A stretch of 64,000 nt of DNA from Takakia lepidozioides. Lineage: Eukaryota > Plantae > Bryophyta. This document shows, in pieces, positions 1 to 11,000 of this stretch. The translations under genes were made by a program, and so were the position numbers. Location of the stretch: the NCBI GenBank assembly GCA_030704615.1, contig CM060734.1, forward strand, positions 62,124,001 through 62,188,000, written 5' to 3'. Position 1 is the first letter of the stretch, and the number at the start of each line of letters is the position of its first letter. The notes under the pieces are model-generated. The model saw only the letters and a program-made list of their open reading frames with translations. It did not search any database and was not told the origin of the DNA.

Positions 1-305
1 ATTGCCTTGGTAACTCCCTCTTGGATTACCTCTCCCTGCCATACCATTGTTATAACCACCATCCAGTTCAATCTTATGCTAACAGATCTCAGGTGGTATC
101 CCTTTCAGATCCTCATAGCTCCAAGCAAATACATCTCTGTATTTGATGAACAGACTCTTAGTTTCCTCAAAGAATTTTGGCTCCAAGTCAGCCCCTACTT
201 TCACCATTCTCGGTTCCTTCTCAGTTCCCACATTCACTTCTCTCATTTGCTCATCAGCTGTGATTGTCCAACCAGTCACTACTTCATTCTGTAAACTTAC
301 AGTGA
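1..305 (-). mobile_element. Scrambled fragments of a B-family Gypsy element (gag piece 1-60 joined to pre-RT piece 62-305)
   Basis: 1-60 matches B gag at ~12426-12483. 62-305 matches B ~10818-11060 (ORF 79..279, EVNVGTEKEPRMVKVG...DLKGIPPEIC). The two pieces are out of normal order. Confidence 0.8.
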
Positions 306-376
306 CATTCTAACTTTTTCATTACTTTAATCTGAGTGTCCCTCCAGTCAGCGCAAAAGTTTGGCTGCACAACAGT

Positions 377-489
377 AGGTCATGACTGATTGTTCTGAGC
401 GGGCTGAGTGCTTAGAGATATCCAACTCTTCTATCTTGGAGTTTCCACCTCGGATAGCGAAGGGATGGGTGAGTAAAAGCCGCTCGACA
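377..489 (+). repeat. 3' end of a B-family LTR, inserted into the gag of element A
   Basis: Identical by eye to the end of G's LTR (62585-62697), ending GCCGCTCGACA. It is followed by element-A sequence rather than a PBS. Confidence 0.9.
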
Positions 490-601
490 CAAGGAGATAC
501 AACGAAGCGGGGCTCCTAGCCAACAACCACCACTATCCCAATGTGCTCAATGCAACAATGGGGCTCAGGCGAAGCCCAGGGAAGGACAGAGAGGATCTCA
601 A

Positions 602-1750
602 TTGCAGAGGTCACTTCCTTCATTCTCAGACCAACAACAGTCGGGTGTGATATGTTGGGATTGTGGAGGACCCCATGTTAAGAGAGATTGCCCAGAGAGA
701 GGCAAAGGGTCAGCACAGGCACAGCCTACACAACTACAGTGTGGGCATTGTGGCAAGTATGGGCATGAGGAGGCCCATTGTTATGACCTGCATCCTGAGC
801 TACGTCCAGGCCAGTTCCAAGGAAACAATGGTGGCCGAGGACGAGGCAATGTAGTCCAGAGAGGTAGAAGAGGCAGAGGTTGCGGTGGAGGTCGTAACCA
901 AAACCAGGGAGCACAAGGTCAAGGTCAAGGTCATGACCAAGGCATGGTGGATAGGCTTGCCCAGCTAGAGCAACGTCTTGCTACCATAGCCACTACGCAT
1001 GTTGCGCCAGCTCCAAGGCCTGAGGTTCAAGCCTCACCTACACAACCTCCTATGCCTAGGGAAGACCAGATTGGTATGGGCTTCATGTGTGGAGCCGCAC
1101 TTACAGGACCATTGCATGTGGACTCTGCAGCTGAAGTCACTCGAGCAGCAACGCGTGCTCCTGAGCCAAGAGGAGCAGATATGGATTTTGATCCACAAAA
1201 GGAGGAAGCAAGTCGACAGACAAGGCTTCCACAGTCTTTCACATTGGCTGAGACAGTGCCAACTACGCCATCGATGGTACCCGCTCGCCCAAATGTGTCA
1301 AAGATAGAGCCACAAGTGTCAGTGGGGAGAGTTGGTGTGGCTCGAGAATTGCCAGTGGGTGGTGCTACAAAGCAAGGTGCAGCCAGTACATTGTTGGGGG
1401 CTGCTACGGCTGTTTGCCGAGCTCCATTGTTTTCTTCAATGACCATTGCAATGCCAGGGATTCGGCCAGCTGCTGTATTCAGACTAGCAGCTAGACTTTG
1501 TGAGAGTGGTGATGCATTGGCACTATCTGCGGGGATAGCGGATAATGTGCAGTGCATGGATGCCCTGGACTCAAAGGTAAAGATAGCCACAGCTGCACCA
1601 TGGCAAGCGGCAGTTGCAAGGTTGCAGGAGTTGCCAGCTAGACCAGCCATTGAGCGTAGTATGGTAACTCCTGGGGTAGTCCTGGTGGACAATCAGGATG
1701 GTGTGTTTCAGTTGGGTGGCCCAGCCGGGAGGAGGTATAGGTCACTGTAG
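602..1750 (+). pseudogene. gag: Element A gag C-terminal part with two CCHC zinc knuckles
   Basis: CWDCGGPHVKRDC and CGHCGKYGHEEAHC (CX2CX3-4HX4C), followed by an RG-rich tract. Confidence 0.85.
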
Positions 1751-2250
1751 GTCTTGTTAGACTCGGGAGCACAGCCATTGATGTTGGGAAGAGCATCAAT
1801 TGCAGGCTTAGGCCTTACAGAGGCAGATTTGGAGCCTTGCCCTTTCCAAATTCAAACATCTTTGGGCGGTTCAGAGAAGACACGAGGGATTACACGCCAT
1901 GAGCTCTTCATTCGATTGCAGCCGGATCATCCTACGGACGGCTCAGTCATGAGAGCTAAGCCATTGTTACGGACGCGATGTTTTATGATGTGCTTGTTGG
2001 TGGGGTGGTGTTATACCCCATGGGATTCACTCTGGACTTTTGGGAGGAAACGGCATCCTACAGGCCGGAATGGCAGTCAGGAGATGGCCGACGTGCACTG
2101 CTCCCAGTGCAGTTTATTGGGAATGTAGCGGTGGATCATAGGAACATGATGCCCACATTGGCTACATTCTCAAGGGTGGTGGCTTGGGGTGGTGAGCTCT
2201 TGGAGGGCAATAGCCATGCAGATGATAGGCCATCACCTGATGAGGACAAC
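1751..2250 (+). pseudogene. Element A aspartic protease (frameshifted)
   Basis: VLLDSGAQPLMLG active site directly after an in-frame TAG; a DVLVGG flap/C-terminal motif lies in ORF 1978..2334. Confidence 0.75.
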
Positions 2251-2469
2251 AATTGGCATACAAGGCTGATTTGCTTCCTCATGTGCCTGTGCATATTCCA
2301 CTGTGGGGTATGGTTGGGAATTTGCATCGAGTAGCAGGCGAGTGTGTGCACCAAGCATGGCAGGAGGCCTTTCCATTGGTGAGTGAGGGGAGTTCAGTGA
2401 CATCACCTGGACCTCCTGAGTTAGCTCCTTTGGACACAGTGCCCATTACTTGGCAACCACCTGACTCAG

Positions 2470-2732
2470 GGACTTGTTTGCTATACTTGTTTGGAGGCAT
2501 GAGCACTGGGCTTGCAGGAGTATTGCAAGCAAGGATTAAAGTACGCAAGTACTTGTATGTGGAGAAGGATGAGATAGCTCGGCGTATTTCTATGCGCCAC
2601 ATCGCCTTGCTCACACACCAGTATCCTGAGTTGTTGCCTCTCTCAGCAATTCAAGGGTATCAAAATGCCTTGCCAGCAGACATTACCTTGCTGGGGGCGG
2701 ATGATTTGGACCGGCATGGATCCATTGACTTG
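2470..2732 (+). pseudogene. Element A DNMT3-like C5 cytosine methyltransferase, N-terminal half (motifs I-III)
   Basis: LYLFGGMSTG (motif I; DNMT3 LSLFDGIATG), YVEKDEIA (motif II), DITLLGADDLDRHGSIDL (motif III leading to IV). Cut by element B at 2732. Confidence 0.88.
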
Positions 2733-3678
2733 TGTCGGACGGCTTTTACTCACCCATCCCTTCGCTATCCGAGGTGGAAACTCCAAGATAGAAGAGTTGG
2801 ATATCTCTAATCACTCAGCCTGCCCAGAACAATCAGTCATGACCTGCAACTAGTGAATCATGGTTGTGCTTCCTATTTGTATTCCTTCTTGCCTTCATGT
2901 TACCAATTTACCCTTCCGTGTATACTGAAGCATCAGATTGCTTCAGTATCTACTAAGTTCCAGTTAATCATGCATTCATTCCACAGCTTCACTCATGTCT
3001 CTCTACACAATGTGATTGTATCGAATAAGTATCAGATTATGATTTATCAGGTATCAGGCCAATGCCATGGTGACTCTAATCTGCCCTACAGTATCACTAC
3101 AGTTTTGCATGTACAAGCATCTACTGTTCATCTCCCGTTCTTGCTCTCCGCCTGATCTCCTCTCATGCATGACCAAGAACCCCTTCCCATGAAGTGCCCC
3201 CTTCCTGTTGCCGCTCTCTTTCATCTACCCCCAAGCTGTTCTAACCACCTAACTAACTAACCGTCACCCCTGAAATAACACGTTCCCCCTGCAGATGTCG
3301 TTCCCTGTCAATGATAATTGTTCCTCATGTACTGTGACGGGCTGTGTCAAGCTATGCCGAGCTGTGACTGGCTGTGTAAAGCTGTGTCGGGCTGTGACTG
3401 GCTATATCGGGCTGTGTCGGGCTGTGCAAAGCTTTGGCGGCTGTGACTGACTTTGTCAGGCTGTGCGAAGAGAGGCTGTTGATGTGGGACGTGTGTGAAG
3501 CTGTGGGAAGCTGTGCGAAATGTGGCGGGTGTGACGCGGTGTGGCGTGTGGCGGCTGTGTAACCCCTAAAGCCTGCTGCTGCCACCCCTAAGGCTCCTGT
3601 TGGTCTCAATCTGCGCAAAAATTAAGGGTACCCCACAGAACCCGTAAAAGCGTCGAAGTCCCCAGCAGCCCTCTAACA
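2733..3678 (-). repeat. Element B 3' LTR (946 bp) with GCTGTG-rich minisatellite
   Basis: Direct repeat of 14800-15619; PPT (rc GAGAGAGGGAGGGGTAAA) at ~3679-3700. Confidence 0.95.
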
Positions 3679-3710
3679 TTTACCCCTCCCTCTCTCAAAA
3701 AGCAGTGTCA

Positions 3711-6700
3711 TCACGGTTTACTGTTTGGGATTAACAAACCTTTGTGAGCAAGCACCCTTCTGACAATGAGAGTCTCGTGAAGGACTCCGTGTGCGAGCCC
3801 GAGTTCTGTCGCTGGTTGACGGAGATGATTGAGCACTACCTGGAAATGTCTTACCCTCCTTTGGCTGATAACGAGGTAACCTCTCAGGCATAAGAGATCC
3901 CCTTCGTTTCTTCTCTGCCTACGAAGTGCATAATCGTCTGCCATGTCAAAAGAGTCCGCTGAAGAAACAGTAGTATTAGAATCATCGTCTCCCCTTAGGT
4001 GTTTTAACGGCCGAACTTTAAGTGGAATCCTGTGTGGCATACAATGTGGTCCGACCATATCTGGAAGATTAAATTGTACAACTTGTTGTAAATGCTAGCA
4101 AGCAAAATTAGTGAACGTCCTGAACTCCTTATCTGTATAGGTAAGAGGTGTGCCAATGACTTTGGAACAGTGCAAGTATTTCCATGCATCATGTCCCTTA
4201 AAGAAAATATCCTCAAGGCCGAATTTCTGTGTTGTCAAATTGTTCCAAGCCGAATGAAACCATGAACGAAGTTGGGAATCCTTCTGCATCATATAGGTAC
4301 ATATTGGGTGGCACTGAAGGTAAGACCCATGATCCCCACTGGAATAACTCAGAAATCGGGATTGCATCTTCTGGTGCTCAATGTGATAACGTGCCAGAAA
4401 ATAAGCAGCATAGTATAATCCACAGCCCATGACAATACTTGATACCTCCTTGGTCTTGGTATAAATGTACCCATGTACAACTTGGAAGGCAATTAATTCT
4501 TTCATCATGGTACCTGCTTCAGACCAGTACCTCGCAAAGTGATGATCCTCAATGGGTTGATTGTTCGGAAGAACCTTAGTCCTAGTTGCCACTGGCAGCC
4601 AAATGCGTATGATCTGGTAGTAATGTGCCAACGACTGCGGATGACTAAATTCCTTCCAAGCCAAATCCAACACAATGGGAATTTGGTGAAGGGCATAATC
4701 ATAGCCTGACTGTACTCCCTTGCAACAGGAGTCTTAGGTGGTTAAAAGCAGCATCCCCCATACCTCAGGCTATGGTGTGGCTATAGTAACAACAGGGTCA
4801 GCTACCTGCACAGTCACTTGCAGTGATATTGGTACCACTGGCATCTCCTGCACCCCTTGCGAAGAAGACTGAAAAATTAGAGTCCTGGCATGTAATAAGT
4901 AGCCATCAGCTGCTCCTCAGGTACAAAGACTCTCTTGTCAATATTTGAACTCAGGTCATCCACCTGAGTCTACAGGCTTCTACATCCTCTTGTAGCTCCG
5001 CTATCCTACTATAGACATTGTCTATAGTAGTTGTGGCAATGTTCTGCACTGCAGTCTGAGCTCATTCATCTCGCCCTGGGTGAGCTTCCGTGGTGCTTTG
5101 CCTTCCACGGCCCTTGTGCTAACCAGACCTGCATAAGGTGGTTATCCACCAAGTCGTGTGTGGCACCCCTGAGAGTCTGCTCCTCCGTGAGTCTGTACAC
5201 ATCTAACTGCTGCTGTAAAGCCTCCATGCGCTTCGCATGAGGTTCAACCAAACTCGCATAGGCAGCAGCCAGATTATTGGCTTCCTTCCAAGCCTTGTTA
5301 GCCACAGAGAGTTCATTTCTATTGACCATGACTGTTTGTTGCAACTCCAGGATGTACCTCTCCTGGTCAGCCTCAACCTGTCTGTATTGTTTGAAAGTAT
5401 TCTCATTGCGACAGATTGTATTCTTCATATCAACAATGAGTTTCGCTTGCTCTATTATCTCTGCTTCTGCCTTCATACATCTCTCCCCTTGTCTGTTAAC
5501 TTCTAATGCAGTTTGCTCAAGAGTAGTTGTGAGTGTAGCACATTGTATGGTCATCTTCTCATGTACTGCCTGCAACTCTGTATGTAGTACATTCACTTCT
5601 TGCAACTTGCCCTCATGCTTCACCTGCATTTGGTATAACTGTTGCTTATGTGCTTCATGCAACTGGTCCTGCTCGAGGCCTGCTTCAATCAAATGTCCCT
5701 TGGCCAACTGCAAAGCAGCCTTTGTGTCCTCCAACTCTTGCTGTAACTTGAGATTGACCTCCTCATCTACCTTGTTAGCACACTCAGTGGCAATTCGAGC
5801 CTCAAACTCCTTCCTGAGTTCCTCCCTCAAAGCTGCCAATTGGGTAGATGGAACATGGGATTTCACATAAGTGCCCAACAAATTAAGTGTCTGCTTATGG
5901 AACTCATAAGCATGGCTGCTGAGGGTCATCATGGTGAACTTGCTGCTGTTCTCCCTGATCCTCCACAGTGTGATGCCTCACCAACCATTCAGGCCATTGC
6001 CCCACCAGATTCTCTTCCTGAACCACCTCATCCTCCACAGGTGCTGCAGTGTCCTGATATTCTACCCCTGGTACCTCCGTCACAGGTGTGGGTATTACAT
6101 GCACAGCAGGGTTTTCCCTGGACAACCGCTGCACCTCTGGAACACTGATTCCCTTACCAAGCCAGAGTTTTCATAGAGAAGGTCACCCTTCTCAATTTCG
6201 GCCACGACCTGCTCTGTAGTGGGAATGTCCAACCTTTCTCCTTCCAGAGCAATTGGGGGTGATGTCACAGCATGTACTAACTGTGGAACCTCTAAAACAA
6301 CTGAGTCAATTGGTTGTGGTGGCTGTGGTATCGAATTGACTTCCTCTTCCCTCTCCGAAGGCCGTGCTTCCAATAATAACAGCTTCTGTGCTGCTGTGCC
6401 CCATCCTGCACAAGAGCTTGGGAAACATCATCGTGCGGTTTCCGTGAAGCCAGTGGATCCGCCACTACAGTCATACCCCGCTCTGTCTCTTAGACTGGTG
6501 TTGCCCTGCCAGTCCACCCTCACTATGTGAAGAGCTGCTCTTCAATTGCAGTGGTTTCTGCCTCAAACACTCCCATCTCCTTACGTTCCCGAGTATCAAG
6601 TATGCAAGAATCAAGAATGATTTGGGCAATGACTGGACCAGACACAATGATCGGAGACTTAGCAGCAGTGCCCTGTAACCTCTTCATCTCGTCCACCAGT

Positions 6701-7437
6701 CCATTGTACATTAACTCCGCCCAAGCGACATCCTCTCCCCTCAAAGCTTTCAGGATCTCCTCTGTGAATGACCTGCTCAAATACTGTTGGTTCTGTTTCA
6801 TGGCAAACAGAACGTTCAATATTTGGCCAACTTCCTAAGCCCTGGGTACTCGGCTTTGGTACAAGCGTAACCTTGAGTTTTTAAAGAAACTCCCTTCTTG
6901 GAACAAATTCCCTATCTGCAATCTTGCCCTGTGCTCATCCACATCCACATGACCTGATGGCAAATCAAACAATTGCTGCAGGTACTGGGGAGTAATTTCT
7001 ATATCTACTCCCCTCACCTGAGTAACTCCCGTCCGAGGCTCAAAGTTCTGAAGAAATTGAATCATATACTGCCGATGATGCAAGGACCAGTCCTTGCGTA
7101 GCAGCCCCTCCAATCGCAACTCCCTTAGCAGCTGTACTGCCTGCGGTGCTGCAATTGTTTGCTTCTGCAGAATCGTGGTGCTCTTCACCCTGATATCCTC
7201 CATTCCCCTCACTCTCTTCATTCTAGACAAACAAAAAGGCTTTGTTTGAAACAGCTGAAGGAAAGCTTGCAGGGCACAGAGCATGAAGGTATGGTTGGCA
7301 CAGAATGGAACAGGTAAGTGCGTGTAAGCCTGTGGGGCTTGCAAGTATCGAGTGAGAGAAAATGTACTCTCAATGCTTCCGTCCTTGCGCCACTGCGTGA
7401 GAAGTAAAGCGAGTGTGTAATCCGTTACATCTGCCAT
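3711..7437 (-). pseudogene. Element B 3' extra ORF (~1,240 codons, broken by indels): Athila-ORF1/Transposase_32-like N-domain, acidic linker, coiled coil, unknown C-domain
   Basis: ORF pieces 6835..7671, 6523..6819, 6095..6373, 5904..6134, 5066..5932, 4095..4673. The motif QFLQNF...VRGVDIEITPQYLQQLFDLP resembles plant transposon extra ORFs. Conserved in C and D. Confidence 0.7.
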
Positions 7438-8049
7438 AGCTACAAAGCTAGTGCTTTGATTGCCCCTTCCGTCGAGACCTTGGCTATTCAGAGCCACCCC
7501 GACTCTTCCGCTCATAACACTTCCTATTTCTTGTTCTTGTTTCTTGGAGGGAACCACCTGCATGTAATTCGCACTCCTGATTGGCTGTGGACTGCTTAGG
7601 TAATTTTTTAATTCCACCCCCTCCATGGACATTCCCACCTGGAATGTCCAGTAGGACAGCACATGTGGCATAGGTTTCCTTTTTCTGTACTCGGAAAGGG
7701 TTCCGTTACCCTTACACTGAATGCATTAATGGGCCCACAATTAGTATTAGCTGTGTACCGGGTAGGTACTTTGACGGCCCGATTTGTCCTTTGCATGATG
7801 AGACCTTTTTTTGCAATTGATGCAGTGCGGTGTGCTTCGCCTTAGTGGCCACGTGTCCGTTTTTAAAACATGCCCCCGACTTCCCCTCTCCGCGTGGCAT
7901 ATTCTCCAAGTTTGACTTCCAAACTTCTCTTCACTTGATGGCCATTTTTCGTTAATTCGCGTCCACCTGTCACTGACCCTATGGACTGTGTAACTGTATG
8001 GGCTGTGTTGGGCTGTGACAGGCTGTGTGGCACTGTGGTGGGCTGTGAT

Positions 8050-11000
8050 AGGCTGTGACACCTGTGATAAATAAATACTGCCAAACAACCAAATACACGC
8101 TCGGCTTAGCGACAAGTGCTCCATACTCCGTTGGTATCACTGGCGCAGCCCGTGACTGCTTTTGCGTTTCAACATGCAAATCGTGCTGCAATGGTTTGTC
8201 ATGGATACCACTGTACCCTTCAACTTATTGGCATTGACTCTTCCCAGCATCTCTTTGTTAATGGTTTGTAACATGGCGGTGTTGTTATCATACATCTTCT
8301 GTATGACATAAGGTCCTTCCATGGTGATTTAAGCTTAGAAGCTTTAATCTTCCCTTCTTCTGCAACCAGAGAACCAAATCTCCCGTCTTAAAAGTCTTTA
8401 ATTTACCTTCATCAAACTGTTCCTTCCTCTTCATCTGAATTCTGGTCATGTTATCAGCTGCATCAGCACGTACTTCTTCCACATGGTATAATTCATGTTT
8501 CCTGACCTTAATTGAATCTTCCAATTCCATTCTCTTTCCCCATTCAGTTCTCATGGTAGGTAACAAGAATTCCACTGGAAGTAAAGCTTCCATACCATAA
8601 ACTAATTGGAATGGTGTATACTTAGTGGTGACTTTATATGAAGTCCTGTATGACCACAAAGCTGTCAGCAGCTTTGTATCCCAATCCGTTCTGTTTGCAT
8701 TGACTATCTTAGCCAAGATAGTACATAGTATTTTGTTGGTAGCCTCTGCCTGCCCATTACCCTGTGGGTAATATGTTGTACTCTTCCTATGCACAATCAT
8801 GAACTCTTTAGTCAATAGTTCAATGGTCTCATTAATGAAGTGACTTCCCTGGTCACTGATAAATTCCAGGGGACAGCCAAATCGTGTAAGTATGTTCTCA
8901 TACAGAACCTTGCTGTGGACTTGGCTGTGTTGTCCCTCAGAGCTTTAGCTTCCACCCACTTCGTAGTATAATCAGTGGCTGTAATTATGTACTTGTTCTG
9001 TGTATTCTTGGCTGGTGGGTTAATTGGTCCAACAAAGTCTAGTCCCCATTTCTGAAATGGTTCAGTAGGCATCGTAGGATGCAAAGCCATCTTCCCGATC
9101 TTTGCAAAAGGTCGCAGATCTCTGCAAAGGTCCTAGCCTCTGACATTCATCACAACTCTGACAATACTTGTGTATCTTTGAACAAAGTAGGCCACCAGTA
9201 ACCTGCAAGTAGTATCTTCCTACTGGTAGTCTCTTCTCCAAAATGACCTCCAGCCACTCCTTTATGAACTTCCTCCAAAACTTTATTTACTTCATGGTGG
9301 TACAAGCATCGTTTAAGTACTCCATCAGGTCCTAGCTTATACATTCTGCCCCCCTACCATAGTATAAGGTAAAGCCTTGATAGCCGATTCTCTTCCTCTG
9401 CTCCTTACCATAACTAGGTGGGCACTGACCATGAGTAAGGTAGTATCTGATTGGCCACTGCCAATCTAACCATTCATCTGCACTTCCCTGCACCTCCATT
9501 GCAAATAAACTCGCATCAGGTAATTGGTCGTCTACTCCTGTGGCGGGCTCTCCTGTTGTTAGGCGTGACAAATGATCTGCCACAAGATGCAAACGGCCAG
9601 GCTTGTAACAACTTCGAACTCAAACTCGTGCAAGATTATTAACCACCTTGCTATCCTTCCACTTATCAAAGGTTTGTTCACCAGATATATCAGAGCCTGG
9701 TGATCCACATAAAACATAAACTTTCTTCCCAATAGGTAATGCCTGAATTTCTTGACTGCATAAATTGCCAGTGCTTCTCTTTCAGTTGTGCTATAGTTCC
9801 TTTCAGCACTGTTCATCAACCTGCTAGCATAGTACACAGGTGAATCTATATTTCCTGTAACATTTTGGGCTAACACCGCTCCCAACGCTTCTCCTGAGGC
9901 ATCACAGTGAACATGAAATACTACATGCCAGTGAGGGTTAATCAGCACAGGTGTAGTTGTTACTGACAATGTAAGTTCCTCAAAAGCCTGTTGACATTCA
10001 GCTGTCCATGCAAACACTGCATCTTTCTTCAGAAGCTTGCTCAATGGTGCTGCTATCTGTGCATACCTTTGACAAATCTTCTGTAATAACTGGTTTGTCC
10101 AAGGAATCTCCTTAGACTCTTAACATTTACTGGTGGTGGAGAGGCTTTAATGGCCTCTGTCTTCCTGGGATCCACAAGAAGTCCCCTCTTACACACAATG
10201 TGTCCCAAAAGCACCCCTGAGTTCACACAGAAAGTACACTTCTCTGGATTCAGGCCCAGACCTCTCATCCTGCATCTGGCCAAACATAACTCCAATTTAT
10301 GCAAGTGCTCATTCTTAGAGCTGTACACACTGAAATCATCCAAGAACACCTGCATGAAATCATCCAGATACTCATGAAAAGATTCACTTATCACTCTCTG
10401 AAAGGTTGCTGGTGCATTACAAAGTCCAAAAGGCATGACTTTGTATGCATAGCACCCCAGTCTGTGATGAAAGCTGTCTTTCCCTGGTCTCTTCTCTGCC
10501 ACTTGCACTTGATTATAACCACTGAAGCCATCCATGAATGAGTACATCTCATGGCCTGCCACAGTGTCCAATACCGCTTCTGTGAATGGCAAAGGGAAAG
10601 GATCTTTCTTCGTGCAAGCATTCAACTTCTTATAGTTCACACAAACTCTCAGTTTACCATTCTTCTTGGGAACTATCACAATGGGTGACAACCAAGTTGT
10701 ATACTCTATCGGGTATATAAACTTAGCCTCAGCCAACTTCTTGATCTCTTCTCCAACCTTCTGTGCATAGTTGGGATTCATTCTGTACCTTGCCTGTTTG
10801 ATTGGTACTGACCCTGGTTCCAGTTCAATCTTATGCTGACAGATCTCAGGTGGTATCCCTTTTAGATCCTCGTAGCTCCAAGCAAATACATCTCTGTATT
10901 TGATGAACAAACTCTTAGCTTCCTCAAAGAATTCTGGCTCCAAATCAGCCCCTACCTTCACCATCCTCGGTTCCTCTTCAGTTCCCACATTCACTTCTCT

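Noticed and set aside
1027-1692. Antisense ORFs over gag/pol and the coiled-coil region (also 5277..5870, 46730..47215)
   Set aside because: These are shadow ORFs of the coding strand with no recognisable motifs.
2253-2810. Stand-alone host or bacterial methyltransferase gene
   Set aside because: The ORF tail (CRTAFTHPS...) is LTR sequence. The domain is intronless and collinear with gag-PR and RT-INT of element A.
9097-9135. Short duplication in the B integrase
   Set aside because: Absent from C and D; likely local slippage or a consensus error.
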